In this document: positions 1-12,850 of the stretch, in pieces | Position numbering within the stretch: position 1 is the stretch's first letter | Layout: each line of letters starts with the position of its first letter | From: Lineus longissimus | Taxonomy: Eukaryota | Reading direction: 5' to 3' | Assembly: GCF_910592395.1 (NCBI RefSeq) | Contig: NC_088312.1 | Location: 2,869,858-2,933,857 of the forward strand | Length of the DNA stretch: 64,000 nucleotides | Made by a program: the position numbers and the translations under genes | Notes under the pieces: model-generated | The model's database searches: none | Seen by the model: only the letters and a program-made list of their open reading frames with translations | Told to the model about the DNA's origin: nothing

Positions 1-3000
1 AGTGCATGACTGCTTATAAAGATACCTGTGAAATACATACTGTGCAACTCTTGTCAAAAAGTCAGGAATACAAACAATGACAACGAGCTACACGTGTACA
101 TATTGCATATCCATCAGGAACTATCACGGCTTTAGGGTGCATCACCCAAGCATGATAACAACAGATCGAGAGTGATGGCACCAAAAAGTTGCGATAGATC
201 TTGACTGATGTTAGATAATGCCATTCTTTGGCGCCGTTCATTTGGATTTATTCATTCAGTTCATTGCATAAAGGATTATCATTACACTACGAGGAATTTA
301 GAAGGGTTCCTAAAGAATTTCTTCCACAGATTGTTGCATTTACCGTTGCCATATGCATATAACACGTACCTTCACCAAAAGCGTAACTTGCACCGATACT
401 CCTATACATGTAATGGCTGAGAGTGATGTTTGTCAAAGTCTATATTAACGACCCGGGACTTGTACATTGACATGGTGTTTTTGAGATTTAGTATTTCATG
501 ACAGACTTCACTCTCAGGCTAATGGGTTTTCATTCTATTTTCCAAACTGTCATTATTACGATCAGTGGTTGATAACCAGAACGTTACGTCTTCACGTCTT
601 CATGATTGTCGCGTAAGGAATCTTGCTGTCCTTCTGAAATGTAAAGAAACCTTAATGATCATCTCAAAGCCTGAAGGCTTGGGACTTTTGAATGCCCGAT
701 GGAATGGTGCTGATAAAAATATTAACAAACTATGCAAGATGTAGTTAAGTCATTTTGAAAAGATATCAACTGTCAGAAAGTTTGTTCCAAACCAAGCCAT
801 GATAAACCTTGTTCATAGTATTCTCTGACCTGTAAATTGTCAACAACCAATCATAGGTTTGTCAATGCGCTAAGTGATGTTTATCTGTACATTTCTGTAC
901 ATTATCTGCCTATTTGAAGAATAATTCTATTCATTATCGAATAATGGTATTATTAACTTGGCCATTGATATCTTTGCAATGGCCTTGGTATTGTTGAAAT
1001 ATCACCCTGTTGAAAGGGTTAACAACTTTTGTGAAAATTGTACATAACGGTCCCAGCAATGCATCCTGAGATACTCCTACATCGTCGAGATGCGGAGTAT
1101 ATTAAAAACCACTCGTTATGCCGGATGCAGCAAGGTGTATGCTGTCACCGAATCAGTTGAAGAGAACAATGATCTTTTGTCAAAGTTTGCTGGTGATTTT
1201 TTGAAAACTCTTCCTGCTTGTTGGGACATTTTTCAAGTTCCTGCGGCTTTTATAAGTAAGAAGATTGCATATACCAAAACAGGAAAGGTATTTTAAACAA
1301 AAGTTATTATCGCTTGCGGTGGGGTAAGAACAAGAATTCGTCTGAAAAGTGACCCTCCTGAATGACGAGATATCTTGTGGCTTATAATGAAATAAATAGA
1401 CGCGAGTCGAGAATTCAATTTAAAAATCAGTCTGATTTTCCATTATTTGGTATTGGTAAGAGTTTCTGCAAGAATTGATGAAAACTAAATTGTTCTTGTT
1501 GTGCATTTCAACGATCCAGCAGTTCAGCATACGTAGTCACGGATTCCGGCACTTTCAACAAAGGTACCTTGCCAAAGGTTTGATATTGTTTGAAGACCGT
1601 GCCCAAGGCGCCGCCGTTATCTTGGCAATTTCTCTTTTGAAGTCGTGCGTCCATTTCCTTTGATTGATCACCTTGTTTACTTGCAAACATACCCGGATGC
1701 TCTGTCGTCTGCTCGTGAGTGAGTGAAAATGTAAGTTATCACAGAAATGTACACTTGCAAAATGCATACAACATTTACATACACGTAACATTTACGACCC
1801 ATTAACTGAAAGGAAGAAAACGTAAACTATTAAATAAACCTCGCATTCCTGCTCCTTTCACGCAGGTCTACGTTTGTACGGGTTTGAACTATCATTGGGC
1901 CGGATATGGCTTTCCAACTGACAGTTAAAGGATATTTTACGACCTTGGTTGGCAGTGCACCTTTATTAACTGTTGATTTATCATTGGATTATCAGTTATA
2001 ATGCATCGCTGTTGCTGTACAATCTTGCAAGATTCCTACAGGCCATTCTGCTTGCTGCTTCCAAAACAGGGACGTGAACTTTTGATGATCTCTTTCGAGT
2101 GATTTATTACGACATTCAAGTCCACGAGTCATCGGTTGGAATTGCTCATAAGCCGTTAGTTATCATAATGGATTCTTCATTTCGAATGTATCGTCAGTCT
2201 TTTGGTCCTAGAGCTCGAATAAACCATCAAAATGGTGATTTCACTGGACTATGGTTGGTAAGGTGTATCTGCCGTGCAGATAGACACTTTACATGGTTGA
2301 TAGAGAAAGGTCAGAACTCTTCCCATCCGCCTCAAGCCATTATCTTTCATTACCATCGAACTGATAAGTTACTTCAACCTTCCTTGCACCTTCCTTGCAT
2401 CTGTGATGGCTATCATCAACAGTGAGCTCCAGATCCAAACACAAGTTGTGTTAATGATGCTCTTTCACGGGTGGTGTTCATTTTCATCTTCATGCTTGTG
2501 TACTTCAAACTCCTTGTAACCTCAACATCAAAGCAACGCCAATAGTTTAATTCAAGATTATTTATCATTAAATGCGAACTGTTGAAATAAAAAGGAGTGT
2601 CAATCCAATTTAATCGCTACTCTTACCTCAGTGGCCATATGACCCCAACATCAGAAGAAAAGCTATTAACTGCAGTGCTTAATCAGTGCACATTTACATT
2701 TGATAATCACATCTAAGCGATATCAACCAACCTATTGAAGTGGTTACGTATAGGCAGGCATCTTAAGTTGAAAAGTCATCGATATGACATTTACTTCACC
2801 CCGATGACATTTTTGTTCTGTTCATTAGTGATTGCTCAGCCGTTGCTCACTGTAACAATGATGCTTCGTAAACATCGCCTAATAATCAGGCCCATTAAAC
2901 CATTCGTGAACCAACCTATCGCGATTACGGCTTTGTCAAGTCGGTATGTCATTTTGGGACGCCCTGTTCAGCAGATTTCATGTTCAGCCATACTTCACAT

Positions 3001-3469
3001 CACCTCCACTGGTTGTTCTGTATCCTAACATCCAACTCTGTATGCATTATCCATGTGACCTGGGGTATAGACACTCTCTGAACTATGATATACCCCTGTT
3101 TTGCATTTCTGTCAACACTGTGACATGCATGGTGTTCTAAAAATGTCAGTGTTTCGTCGCATGACCCAAATGCAATATGCCTAAAGGCGGTGGCACTATA
3201 TTTGGACTAAGAATACCTGTGAACGTGTTGTGAAAATCTGGTTGCAGAGTGGCATGATGCTGCTGAATAAAAGTGATGAGATTACACCAAGTTTCTCCTC
3301 CGGGGCACTTGCATCCGATGCGTGTGCATCCATTGGTTACTGCATGAACACGATGCTGTTCATGTTGTGGAATTGAAAAAAGACAAGAATCGAGAGCTCT
3401 ACATGTGTACAGCACTTCTACAGCGTTTTTCCGCTTTGAAACCTGGTAAAGGTGCCTTAGCATCCCGAA

Positions 3470-3610
3470 GTGCTCCGGGAAGAGCTCCGGAGCACTTCGA
3501 ACTCTTTAGTTCGGAGAGAAAGAAGAAATTGGCTGCAGAGGGATTTGAACTCACGACCTCTTGGTCAGAACACTTCGCCACCGCGCTTTCTTGTATATTC
3601 ATGCGCACAA
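3470..3610 (-). mobile_element. tRNA-related SINE-like fragment (tRNA T-arm/acceptor-like box ggtcgtgagttcaaatccctctgcagcc on the minus strand) adjacent to a 13-bp perfect palindrome cgaagtgctccgg..ccggagcacttcg
   Basis: GTTCAAATCC is a T-loop consensus. No complete cloverleaf could be folded, so this is not a functional tRNA gene. Confidence 0.3.
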
Positions 3611-6600
3611 GATGCGGTAATCGATCTCAAACTCCCTATAAATTTCTTTTATAGAACAGATCTCATCGCAAACCTTTGCTATAACTTCTAACGTCAACTC
3701 GAGTGGTTAGGGTCAAGAATAACAGTGGCACGACTTTGAAGTCGATGCCTTTTGTGTTAGCATAATCAGAGTTTGCTTATCGTTGGCTCGAGAAAATACC
3801 CTCGGTGTGTGATCGCGCAGTTGTCCATTGTGCTGACAGGCAGAACCATTCTCTGACAGGCAAAATAGTTTTCTTTACTTTAATTCAAAGGAAAACAGCA
3901 TATAAATGGGTTATTTGCTATTTGCTACCAGCGTTCGTGCTCGACCGGCCCGTCCAGCGATAGTCACGGTTGTACGCTATACTCCGTCAAAAATGGAGTC
4001 AACCAGTAGTCAGTAAGAAATCTAATGATTAAACTGTGTACTAAAGGGTTTGCTCGAAAAAAATCTTAAAATTTCTAGATTTTTGGTCTCCATTGGTCAC
4101 CAATATCAACATTTTCTATCTCTCAATGAGGAAACTGCTTACCACATTCCTACCACTTACCACATTCTTCACTCTTATCGGCAATATCGACGCGAACCAA
4201 GATCATTCGCGAAATCTGCAAGCAGCTTGCAGTATTTCTGCGAACTTACATGAGCAATGAATGCAATCTCAAGCAGAACATGATTTCAAAGGCAGCCGAT
4301 TGTTCTTTTGCAGCCAGAACAAACCCTGTGTGGGTTATTACAACAAATGAACACAAGCACTCTATCGATTTCTGTATAGGACTAATAATGCTGACATATC
4401 CAATGTGGAGACGGTGAACGGTGTTCCATGACTACAGGGCACGCTTGTCATCACGTTTGTTTGTTTTACTAATATCACAGCGATTCTTTGAGAGAAGCCG
4501 CTGCCGCCGCGTGATGCTGCTGGCGATATCGTCAGACACTTTGATGTATCTGATGCCACGAAATGATGGTACAGAGAGATAGAGTGACGACGTGTGTATG
4601 CATAATGCACTTCATCACCGTTTGCGGGGAAATTATTCTTAAGTAATCATTTGAGAAAAGCAGCCCCCCCCCCCAAACAAAATATTGTTTTATAAGTGTA
4701 GAGACACCCTGCTCAATTTCAAAATAAAAAAGCCAACATCTGACTGCTTAGTTATTGAGGATTGCCGTATATATCGGAGGCTGGATCTGCTTCATCCGTC
4801 TGCTCCTTGTATCCCCGGGTAGAACCTGACGTTTGATGAAGTACCTTTATCAGTACCTTTCAAGATTCAGACTCAGCAATTCGCTTCTCATTTGTTCCCG
4901 ACAGATAGGAGGAATTCGCCGGACGATGGTGGCGGCGCTGTTATCGGAGAATGCATTCTGCCGAATGGCGGTGTAAAAGTTTGAAATGTCCCAGGATAGA
5001 ATGTCCGGGGAAGAAAGAATTCTATTACCGGTATGCGCAAATCACGTTTCTCAGTCAATTGAAAAAGTGGAGAAATGGTCACTCCAAGCGAAACCGATGG
5101 GTACAGCTAGAGTAACCAAGCTTGGCTTGAACTCAGTTGGACTGAGAAATCTGTTATAGGCCTTATCTTATCGATCAATTACCTTGGACAGTTTGAAGGA
5201 GGTCGGTCAGAGCTTTGATCTGACGGAAAGTAATCAAACTAACTGATAACGTACATTGGATAGATGGCCTAGAGTAAATACTTATATATTTGATTTGATT
5301 ATGAAGGAATGTATGTGAGCCTTGTATACACTGTACAGACCTGTGTACGATGCACTTTAGATAGTGACGGCGGAGTATTTGCAAATCATGGCAAGGCAGA
5401 AAGAAATATTTGCTTTACATACCAAACCTACATCTAGAAGCTTCAATCTTATTTATACCTCCATGCTTCAATGGTTATGAAATTTATACAGTTCAGATGT
5501 GCTCATTACCTTGTACATGTAGATTTTAAAATGAGCAGATCAGTTCGTTAATGCCTAATTTGTTGCCCATCAAAACTGATAAAACTAATCTTCAAATTCG
5601 GGAATCGAGGAGATGAACGATCTTGCACTCGCAACATCACCTCTCCACGCTCCGCATGACATTTCCCAGTTAGTTTCGAGGTTGATCATTTTTTCCAATT
5701 CGCAGATCAAACGGAGTAGATCAAACATTGGCATCCGGTGTTTCTTATCAATCGTTTGCTTGTCACATTGGCGATGACGCGTCGGTGATTAATGACCACT
5801 CTATGCATTCAATTAGCATCAACGAAGAAGACAAAGCAAGCGAAGGAAATGCAATTTCGGAACGCATGCAACCTCAGCGACCTAACCCCCATTTTAACTC
5901 TCAGGTTTCGTTTTACATTTAACTCCAATCAGGTTTGGTCGTTTCAGCACCGAAGAACCTAAGAATTCAAGGTGACTTTTCGAAAGGTTTGGTCGTTCTT
6001 CCGGACATTCGCCTGAAAAGTAATTTCCTGGGTCCTGATTAGGCCTATATTTGCACCTCCGGTGAGTCTGCATCATCTCGAATACCAGGGCCCGGGGCCG
6101 TCGTATGCTCCTTCCCACGCACACGTTGCATAAGCATGGTCATTGCAGCCGCGAGTAAAGGCTCTGATGCTCAGGATGCTGGCACATACCCCTTTTAATT
6201 TCTGACAGCTATACGTGGTGTATGCTCCAGCGCTTTCGTCTGTAAACTGATAAAGAATCACCTTAATGGCGACCTTTGACATTCCTGGAAATGTGGAACT
6301 CACCAGGCAGTATATACATACTCCCGGGAGTTGACTCTCCTTGGCCAATACTACGCCAGAACAAAGAGCCATAAATGACAATGACTGTCACTAACATAAG
6401 ATAAACAGTAGCAATAAAACGTTCAGTTCATGGTAGCCAGCAATATAAATGTATTTATTATTCTGCATCCTCGATAGAGAGTGTATTTGCAGTGATGGAC
6501 AGTGCATGTGGTGGCTCCTTGAGTGTGAGTTCGCCAATACATGCACACTCGCATGTTAAAAAAATGCGCAGTAAATCATTCTGTCGTTTATGGTCGAATA

Positions 6601-8199
6601 TCAAAATGCATCACGTACATACCACCGATGGCTATTTCAGAGAAAGCCGACCAAATAGGCATGGTGATTTGTACATAAGATGATGCTCGCCTCAATGAGT
6701 TCGATAACGATTCTTGAGTAACCAAGAAGAAAAGAAGCTTTCTCATCGAAATCACAGTAGGATCAAAGCGTTTCCTTTGAAGAGTTCGATGCAGGGACTG
6801 TGGTGATACGCGGTATTGTATCGCATCTCGAAGAGAATCCTCGAAAAACCAGAGTCGGTCATATCCTCCTCCCCTCGTGCACTGCCCAGTGTTGACCTGA
6901 AGTTCAAGATGCTCGAAGAGGGGGAGGATGACCATGAGGCTGACAGAGCCGATTTCCACGACAGGATCAATCACGCGGCGTATCGAAGAGGTGGTAGATG
7001 AATCCGCTTCATCGAACTCCGAATCCCTCCGAATCAAAACCCGATCCATTAGCGGGGTGAAGGCGCCCAACTATGGCAGTTGCTTTGAATCATGTTTGTG
7101 ATCAAGCCGCTCCTGGGGTATAGTGGCAACTCGTGTGAATGCCTCACAGGATGATTGATGATCACTTCTGTGACCTCTTTCTCCTGCCAGACTCGGCAAA
7201 GTTTGGCGCGTTTTAGGGAAGATTTATGTGGCATTATAGGCCGCCCGGCGATCAATCACGCATGCGATATGATATAGCGATTCTGGGCATGAATACTGCC
7301 GATTATAGAGGCTTGTACGCCGAGCGGAGATTGATGGAGTTAAATTTATAAATGGCGCACACAACTGATAAAACACAAAGCGCCAGCTCCAGCGCAGATG
7401 TGGGTTCCTGCTATCTTGTTTGAAGAGGATGGTTTTGAGCCATGTTTTGAGCAGATTGTGTACATTGGCGATGGATTTCAGATTGAATTGAAATTGATTA
7501 AAGCGATGGGATCATTCGAAAATCACCCTTTTGTTTTCCGTAGATTGCTCTAGTGGGATGTTATAACTCAGAGCAAAGAGTGGCTTCTTGAGTCTGCTGG
7601 ACTGGCTGATTTTATATTTCCTGAAAAAAATTTCATGTTGAAAAAAGATCATGCGATGTCCTTTCCCAGCCACCGTACTTATTCTATTGACAGAACGTTG
7701 TAACTTGTACCAACATTGGATCGTTGGACACTATGATTTTCTTTCTTGTGCATGATAGCTTTACCTCGTAAACCGTATAAAGTGGTGGAAACCGTCCGAC
7801 GCATGCATCCCCAGCTAATCCTAGAGAATGGCTCGAGATTGGCTCAGACGGATGGCACAAAAATCGAAATACATACAAAATGAATGATGCAAGACGGCGC
7901 CATGGCAGGGCCGCGGACCTTTGAAAGGTATAGTCCCACGTCAAAATATTAGTGTCGGACAAGCGAACATTATCGGATCCTGATCGGGATTATGATTTTC
8001 TCAAAGAAATACAATAATAACTCTTAAAGGTAACAATATAGTGTTTCTTCCCTTGCGTCAATATTTCCTTTTGAGAAATCGTGTTACCACCCGTGTAAAA
8101 ACAAAATCGACGAAAGTCAAAAGCTGGCCTTTGGCACTCTGACAACTAATGGTTCATTTTTTCAATGCAAAGTTTCGTTTGGAATAGATTCCTGCAAAA

Positions 8200-8570
8200 T
8201 TCTTTGGTAACGGCTTTCTTTTTGACGGAAGCTTTCCAAAGACATTGACGTGAAGAAGGAATATTTGCTACTGACGCCCGAAATTGAAATTAAAACTTGT
8301 TGACAAAGGCGTTTCCTTTGACGAGAAAGGTTACGACAGAAGTTTACTGGAAGAAACTTTGCAAAGACGTTCCCTTGACAGAAAGAAGCTTTGCTCAAGA
8401 CATTCACTTGGAATAAAGAAGCTTTGCTAAGACGTTCCCTCGGGCAAAAGAAAGCTTTACTAAGACGTTCCCTTGGTAGAAAGAATCTTTCCTAAGGCAT
8501 TCACATGAAAGAAAGAAGCTTTATAAAATTCGCTCGGAAGAAAGAAGCTTTGCTAAGACAACTTGAGCCT
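8200..8570. repeat. ~32-bp minisatellite, agaaagaagctttgctaagacgttcccttgg, about 10 degenerate copies
   Basis: Tandem periodicity visible in the sequence. Confidence 0.7.
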
Positions 8571-9245
8571 CACTTCCTACTCGAATTATATACAACCTTA
8601 ACAAGCTCCACAACCGCCGTTCCCCTTGGGATCCAATGGCCCACACCACCATCTTCCAACAGACAATATAATCTTACCATAAATCTTGGAGTCGGAGATG
8701 ACCGGAATGCCAACTGAAATCTTTTAGCAGCCGACAAGGACCAACCATGGCTAATCAAATACGAAATCAGTTATCTTGTCCATACGATCTGTCAAACGCT
8801 CACAAGAGACCCCTAAACTTGCAAGAACATGAACCAAAAACTTGCTTAGCAGATACGTGTATTGACAAGAGAGTCAATGCCAATAAGACATTTGCGATTC
8901 ATTGCCGAGTGGCCATTGGTTTGGCACGGAATACTGACTAGGTATTTACAATTTCAAACAAGTATCTGTGGGAATTGATACTAATTCTGCGTACGTGAGG
9001 AAATTCAATTCTCAGGTTCCGTTAGTCCGCGGACTGGGCTTGGCGGGGATGCTTTCAGCCCAAGGATACAGTAACAACAAGTGGTGCTCTTTGAATGATG
9101 CCAAATGGACGAAGATGGCACCATCTATGACCAGGCTACCTAAGATTTCTGTCACTAATTGTCCGTGGGAGCATACGCCATACGGGACTTGGGGAGGGGA
9201 TGAGTCAGGATGGATCGCTTCAAGGCTGAAGACATGACTGCCGTA

Positions 9246-9275
9246 ACAATACACAGAATGCAGAAGAAGAAGAAG
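9246..9275. repeat. (GAA)n microsatellite
   Basis: gcagaagaagaagaagaagagaagg. Confidence 0.8.
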
Positions 9276-10094
9276 AAGAGAAGGTAGATTCGGGTTTCAC
9301 AAGCAAAATCATAATCATAATCCAAACACCGATTGCGCGAGCAAATTGGCTAGAGTTTCATGAATGACCGAATTTCTGCACCCTAGCGGACAATGAACAA
9401 ACTACGGTCTGTGAAGGGAGTAATAATACTATCCCCGTTGGACTTGGGCCTGTCCTTGTACCTCTGCGTAAGGTGATGAGCGTTCACATCAGTCATCGCG
9501 GTACACTTTGGAAATGGTCCCTCGTCCGTACGGATATCCATAGTAAAAAGCGTATACGCCACTTGTCCTAAATGATGACTCTGATGTTCATCGCTGCGAG
9601 AGGATCATGGTCTGCGGACGAAGTTATCATCCTAACATGAGGAGCCTCATTGGCCTATATAGCTTCGTGTACAGAAATACTTGTACATCTTAATAGTGAA
9701 TTAAGAGTAGTTAAACTGTATTCCACTTTGCAATTATTTAACTGCTACAACAGTACTATCACAGGTTACCACGGCAACGCATTCTTCTATCAGAATGATC
9801 ATTTTGAAAGCTTTATCAACAGTCTATTAAATGGATTGGGATTTATTATTTCTGGGATTGGGCATATGTCTACCAACACCAATACCGGTACTGCCCCTAT
9901 CAAATGATCTGCGACCCACGGTCAAAGTGGAACAAAAGTTCATCACCACGGCTCTTACAGTCCATAAGGTCGACTCCCGGTACAAAATAAGATAAAACTC
10001 CATGACAATGGTCGTAATCACTAAGAATTTCTAGGCCCGGTACACATTGATAGACAGCGCTAATTACCCCAGCAGTAAAATAGGCCTAGATAGT

Positions 10095-10440
10095 GACCCG
10101 GGTCGCTACGTAGCGCCCCGGGACAGATTGTTTGGAGATAGGTTTGTCCCGGGGCGCTACGTAGCGGCCCGGGACAGATTGTTTGGAGATAGCATTGTCC
10201 CGGGGCGCTACGTAGCGGCCCGGGAAGGGTTGGATGGAGTTGGCGTTATACCGGGCCGCTCCGTGATAGGTTGTCGGGAGATTGCGTTGTACCGGGGCGC
10301 TACGTAGCGGTCCGGGTAGGGTTGGATGAAGTTTGCATTATACCGGGCTGGTCCGTGATATGTTGTTAGGAGGTTGCGTTATACCGGGTCACCCGGGTAG
10401 GGTTGAGTGGAGATGTGGTATACCCGGGACGGTTTGTTCG
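10095..10440. repeat. ~55-bp tandem repeat (cccgggacagattgtttggagata..gtcccggggcgctacgtagcggc) carrying the palindromic core cgctacgtagcg. Mirrored at 18380..18720.
   Basis: About six consecutive units. The translated ORF shows the repeating peptide GRYVAARDRLFGD. Confidence 0.7.
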
Positions 10441-10829
10441 ACAACGATGCTACCTGTGGTTGGAATAATTTCATTAATGATCACCTTGGTTTCTTTTGAT
10501 GATTAGTTAGCCTAAGACCGCAGTGGGGTCTCTAAAATGCGCTACCGGTTTCACGACAAATCATCCGAATTCCGTAAATATGATATCAAATCGCATGCAG
10601 ACACAAGCTAGACTTCAGACATACATAATTCTGAAGCCTGGATAAAAGATACAATGTACATGTGCATGTAGTACATAATTCTGTAGCCTGGATAAAAGAT
10701 ACAATGTACATGTGCATGTAGTACATATATATTGGCCTGGCAAAGTCATGAAGTATAGGCCTTGCTTCAGAGATGTTATGGACATATTAGGTCATTGTCA
10801 TCTGTTCTTTCCTCCGTCTGGATTCTCTC

Positions 10830-11230
10830 TTGGGATGAGGCACTGCTCTTGATAGGTCTACTACATGCCATCTCAACCAGGATAGGTTTTACCAGGCCTA
10901 CCCCCTCAGAGGAGACTATCTATGCAACTGCAATGACGAACAGGGACATCTTCTAGAAGGATTCTCCTTTGGGTTGGGGCACTCCGCCCTTGATAGGCCT
11001 ACTGCATGCCATGTCATCCACGGTGTGGGTTCTACCAGGCCTGCCCCCATAGAGGAGACTATCTATGCAACTGCAATGACGAACATGGACATCTTCTAGA
11101 AGGATTCTCCTTTGGCCTGCCCCCTCAGAGGAGACTATCCCTGTAACTGTAATATCGACCAGGGACATCTTCTACAAGGATTCTCCTTTGGGTTGGGGCA
11201 CTCCGCCCTTGATAGGCCTACGTCTGTTAC
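10830..11230. repeat. ~130-bp satellite (3 copies: gaaggattctcctttgggttggggcactccgcccttgataggcctactgcatgccatgtcatcc..gaggagactatctatgcaactgcaatgacgaac). Mirrored at 17640..18020.
   Basis: Direct repetition visible in the sequence. Confidence 0.65.
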
Positions 11231-12194
11231 GGATCAACTCTGAAACAGTTTCAACTCTGAAAGACACCAACTCAACTTTGAAACTGCATCTCTGAAAGTA
11301 TGAAAGCCTATGACCGCAGTGGGTTCTCTAAAATGCGCTACCGGTTTCACGACAAATCAACCGAATTTCGTAAATATGATATCAAATCGCATGCAGACAC
11401 AAGCTAGACTTCAGATAAACATAATTCTGAAGCCTGGATAAGATAAAAGATACAATGTACATGTGCATGTAGTACAAATATATTGGCCTGGCAAAGTCAT
11501 GAAGTAATAGGCCTCGTTTCAGAGATGTTATGGACATATTTATTAGGTCTTTGTCATCTGTTCTTTCTTCCGTCCGTTTCATATTTTCTTATTGATTTTG
11601 AAACCTTTTGTCCTTATATGTTAATGTTTTTGGAACAAAGAGATTGATACCCTGTTCACGGATGTGTAACAGCGCACTACTCCATGACCTGTGTAGGCCT
11701 ACTACTGTACGTGCATGCGTGTGTGCACATACAGTCTGTTGATGTACACACACGCTGTGTATGCCCTATTCCAAATTGACTCCTTCCCGCGCTCGTCACC
11801 AAGGCAACTCCAATTAGACATAAGGAAGTCCAGGCTTCATTCGTAGATGTTCGTATCAAAATTGCCGAGCACTACCGAAGTTGGATGGGATATAGCAATG
11901 CAGCAGGCAGGTGGGAGAGGGGGGGACTCTTATAAATAGGCTAGGCCTAGAGATAGGTTGTGTCGTGACATGTCCTCGGCGACTGTTGTCTCATCTTTAG
12001 GCCTACTCTCGGAATAAGACACCAGCTGGGTGAAACACTAGGCCTACACCCCCTGCCTTATGAAGTATATAGGCCTAAAGGTTGTGACAATCCTCGCTGT
12101 TAATTGTCTCATCTCTCCGAACTATGGGTTGTGACTTGTCTCCAGCGACTATCTTGATAGGCTAGGCTACCAGAGGACACCAAATTTGGTCCTG

Positions 12195-12765
12195 CCTAAT
12201 ATTATTAACATCATTATCCGCATCATCATCATCATCATCTTTCGGTAGGCCTAAATGGTAGGGCGCAGTTTGCGCGTTATTAACCATGAAGTAGTTGCTC
12301 ATTACGCAGACGGTGCACAGACGTTTATAAAATCTTGGTCGGTGCGATTAGAACGATAAAATCTGGAGGTTAAAAAAGTTGTGGTCTACGCGGAGCTGGA
12401 GGCTAGGGGTCTTGGCAGATGTTGTCGCTTCTGGGAGGGTGTTCCAGCTTCTGATCGTTCTGTGGAAGAAGGATGATGCCTCTTGCTGGGTGGTATCTGT
12501 CCAGGCCTCGGGTCCTTGGGTCGCCCATGGTGATGGAGTCTGGGGCGACGAAGTCCACGAGGCTGTGCCGGATATTGTAAAGCACTGTAGTGATGCCTTC
12601 CTTCTCCTCTCTTTGAGTGTATCCCACTGTAGGGTTTGGAGTTGGCGGGTGACAGATCCTGCACTGTCAGCAGCACAGCAGCAGTATGTTGTTCTTTGCG
12701 ATCTGTCTCATCTTGGTAGGTCTAGCCCCCCCCCCCCCCACAGGACACATTGGTTCTGTCTATGA
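12195..12765 (-). mobile_element. Mirror copy of the 5'-truncated LINE 3' end in the left palindrome arm
   Basis: Reverse complement of 15130..15745. (ATC)n/(ATT)n tail at 12207..12245. Confidence 0.6.
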
Positions 12766-12850
12766 TATCATAGGTTGTGACATGCCTTTTGCGACTATCT
12801 GTCTCATCTTGGTAGGCCTAGCCCCCCCCCCCCCCTCCCCACAGGACTTG
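12690..12850. repeat. Poly-C minisatellite (~75-bp unit ggttgtgacatgcc(t)ttgcgactatctgtctcatcttggtaggcctag + C12-15) at the inner edge of the left arm
   Basis: Two units visible, each ending in a C12-C15 homopolymer. Confidence 0.7.

Larger units (their letters stand above)
9811..12765. repeat. Left arm of a large imperfect palindrome (inverted duplication), ~3.0 kb
   Basis: Mirror-image ORFs with identical translations on opposite strands (10047..10307+ vs 18500..18760-; 10762..10956+ vs 17901..18095-; 12379..12765+ vs 15202..15564-). Coordinate sums are constant (~28.8 k outer, ~27.9 k inner). Confidence 0.85.

Noticed and set aside
3399-3654. Possible tRNA gene
   Set aside because: Only a T-arm/acceptor-like segment is present. 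No complete cloverleaf with anticodon arm could be folded, so it is treated as a SINE-like fragment.
6588-7070. 160-aa minus-strand ORF (..GGGYDRLWFFEDSLRDAIQYRVSPQSL..)
   Set aside because: Considered as a possible transposase or recombinase fragment, but no catalytic motifs (DDE, YR box, RT) could be matched. It is left unannotated.
12379-12765. 128-aa plus-strand ORF MWSTRSWRLGVLADVVASGRVFQLL...
   Set aside because: It is antisense to the degenerate LINE ORF2 tail, whose sense frames carry the recognisable RT C-terminal motif. It is not an independent gene.
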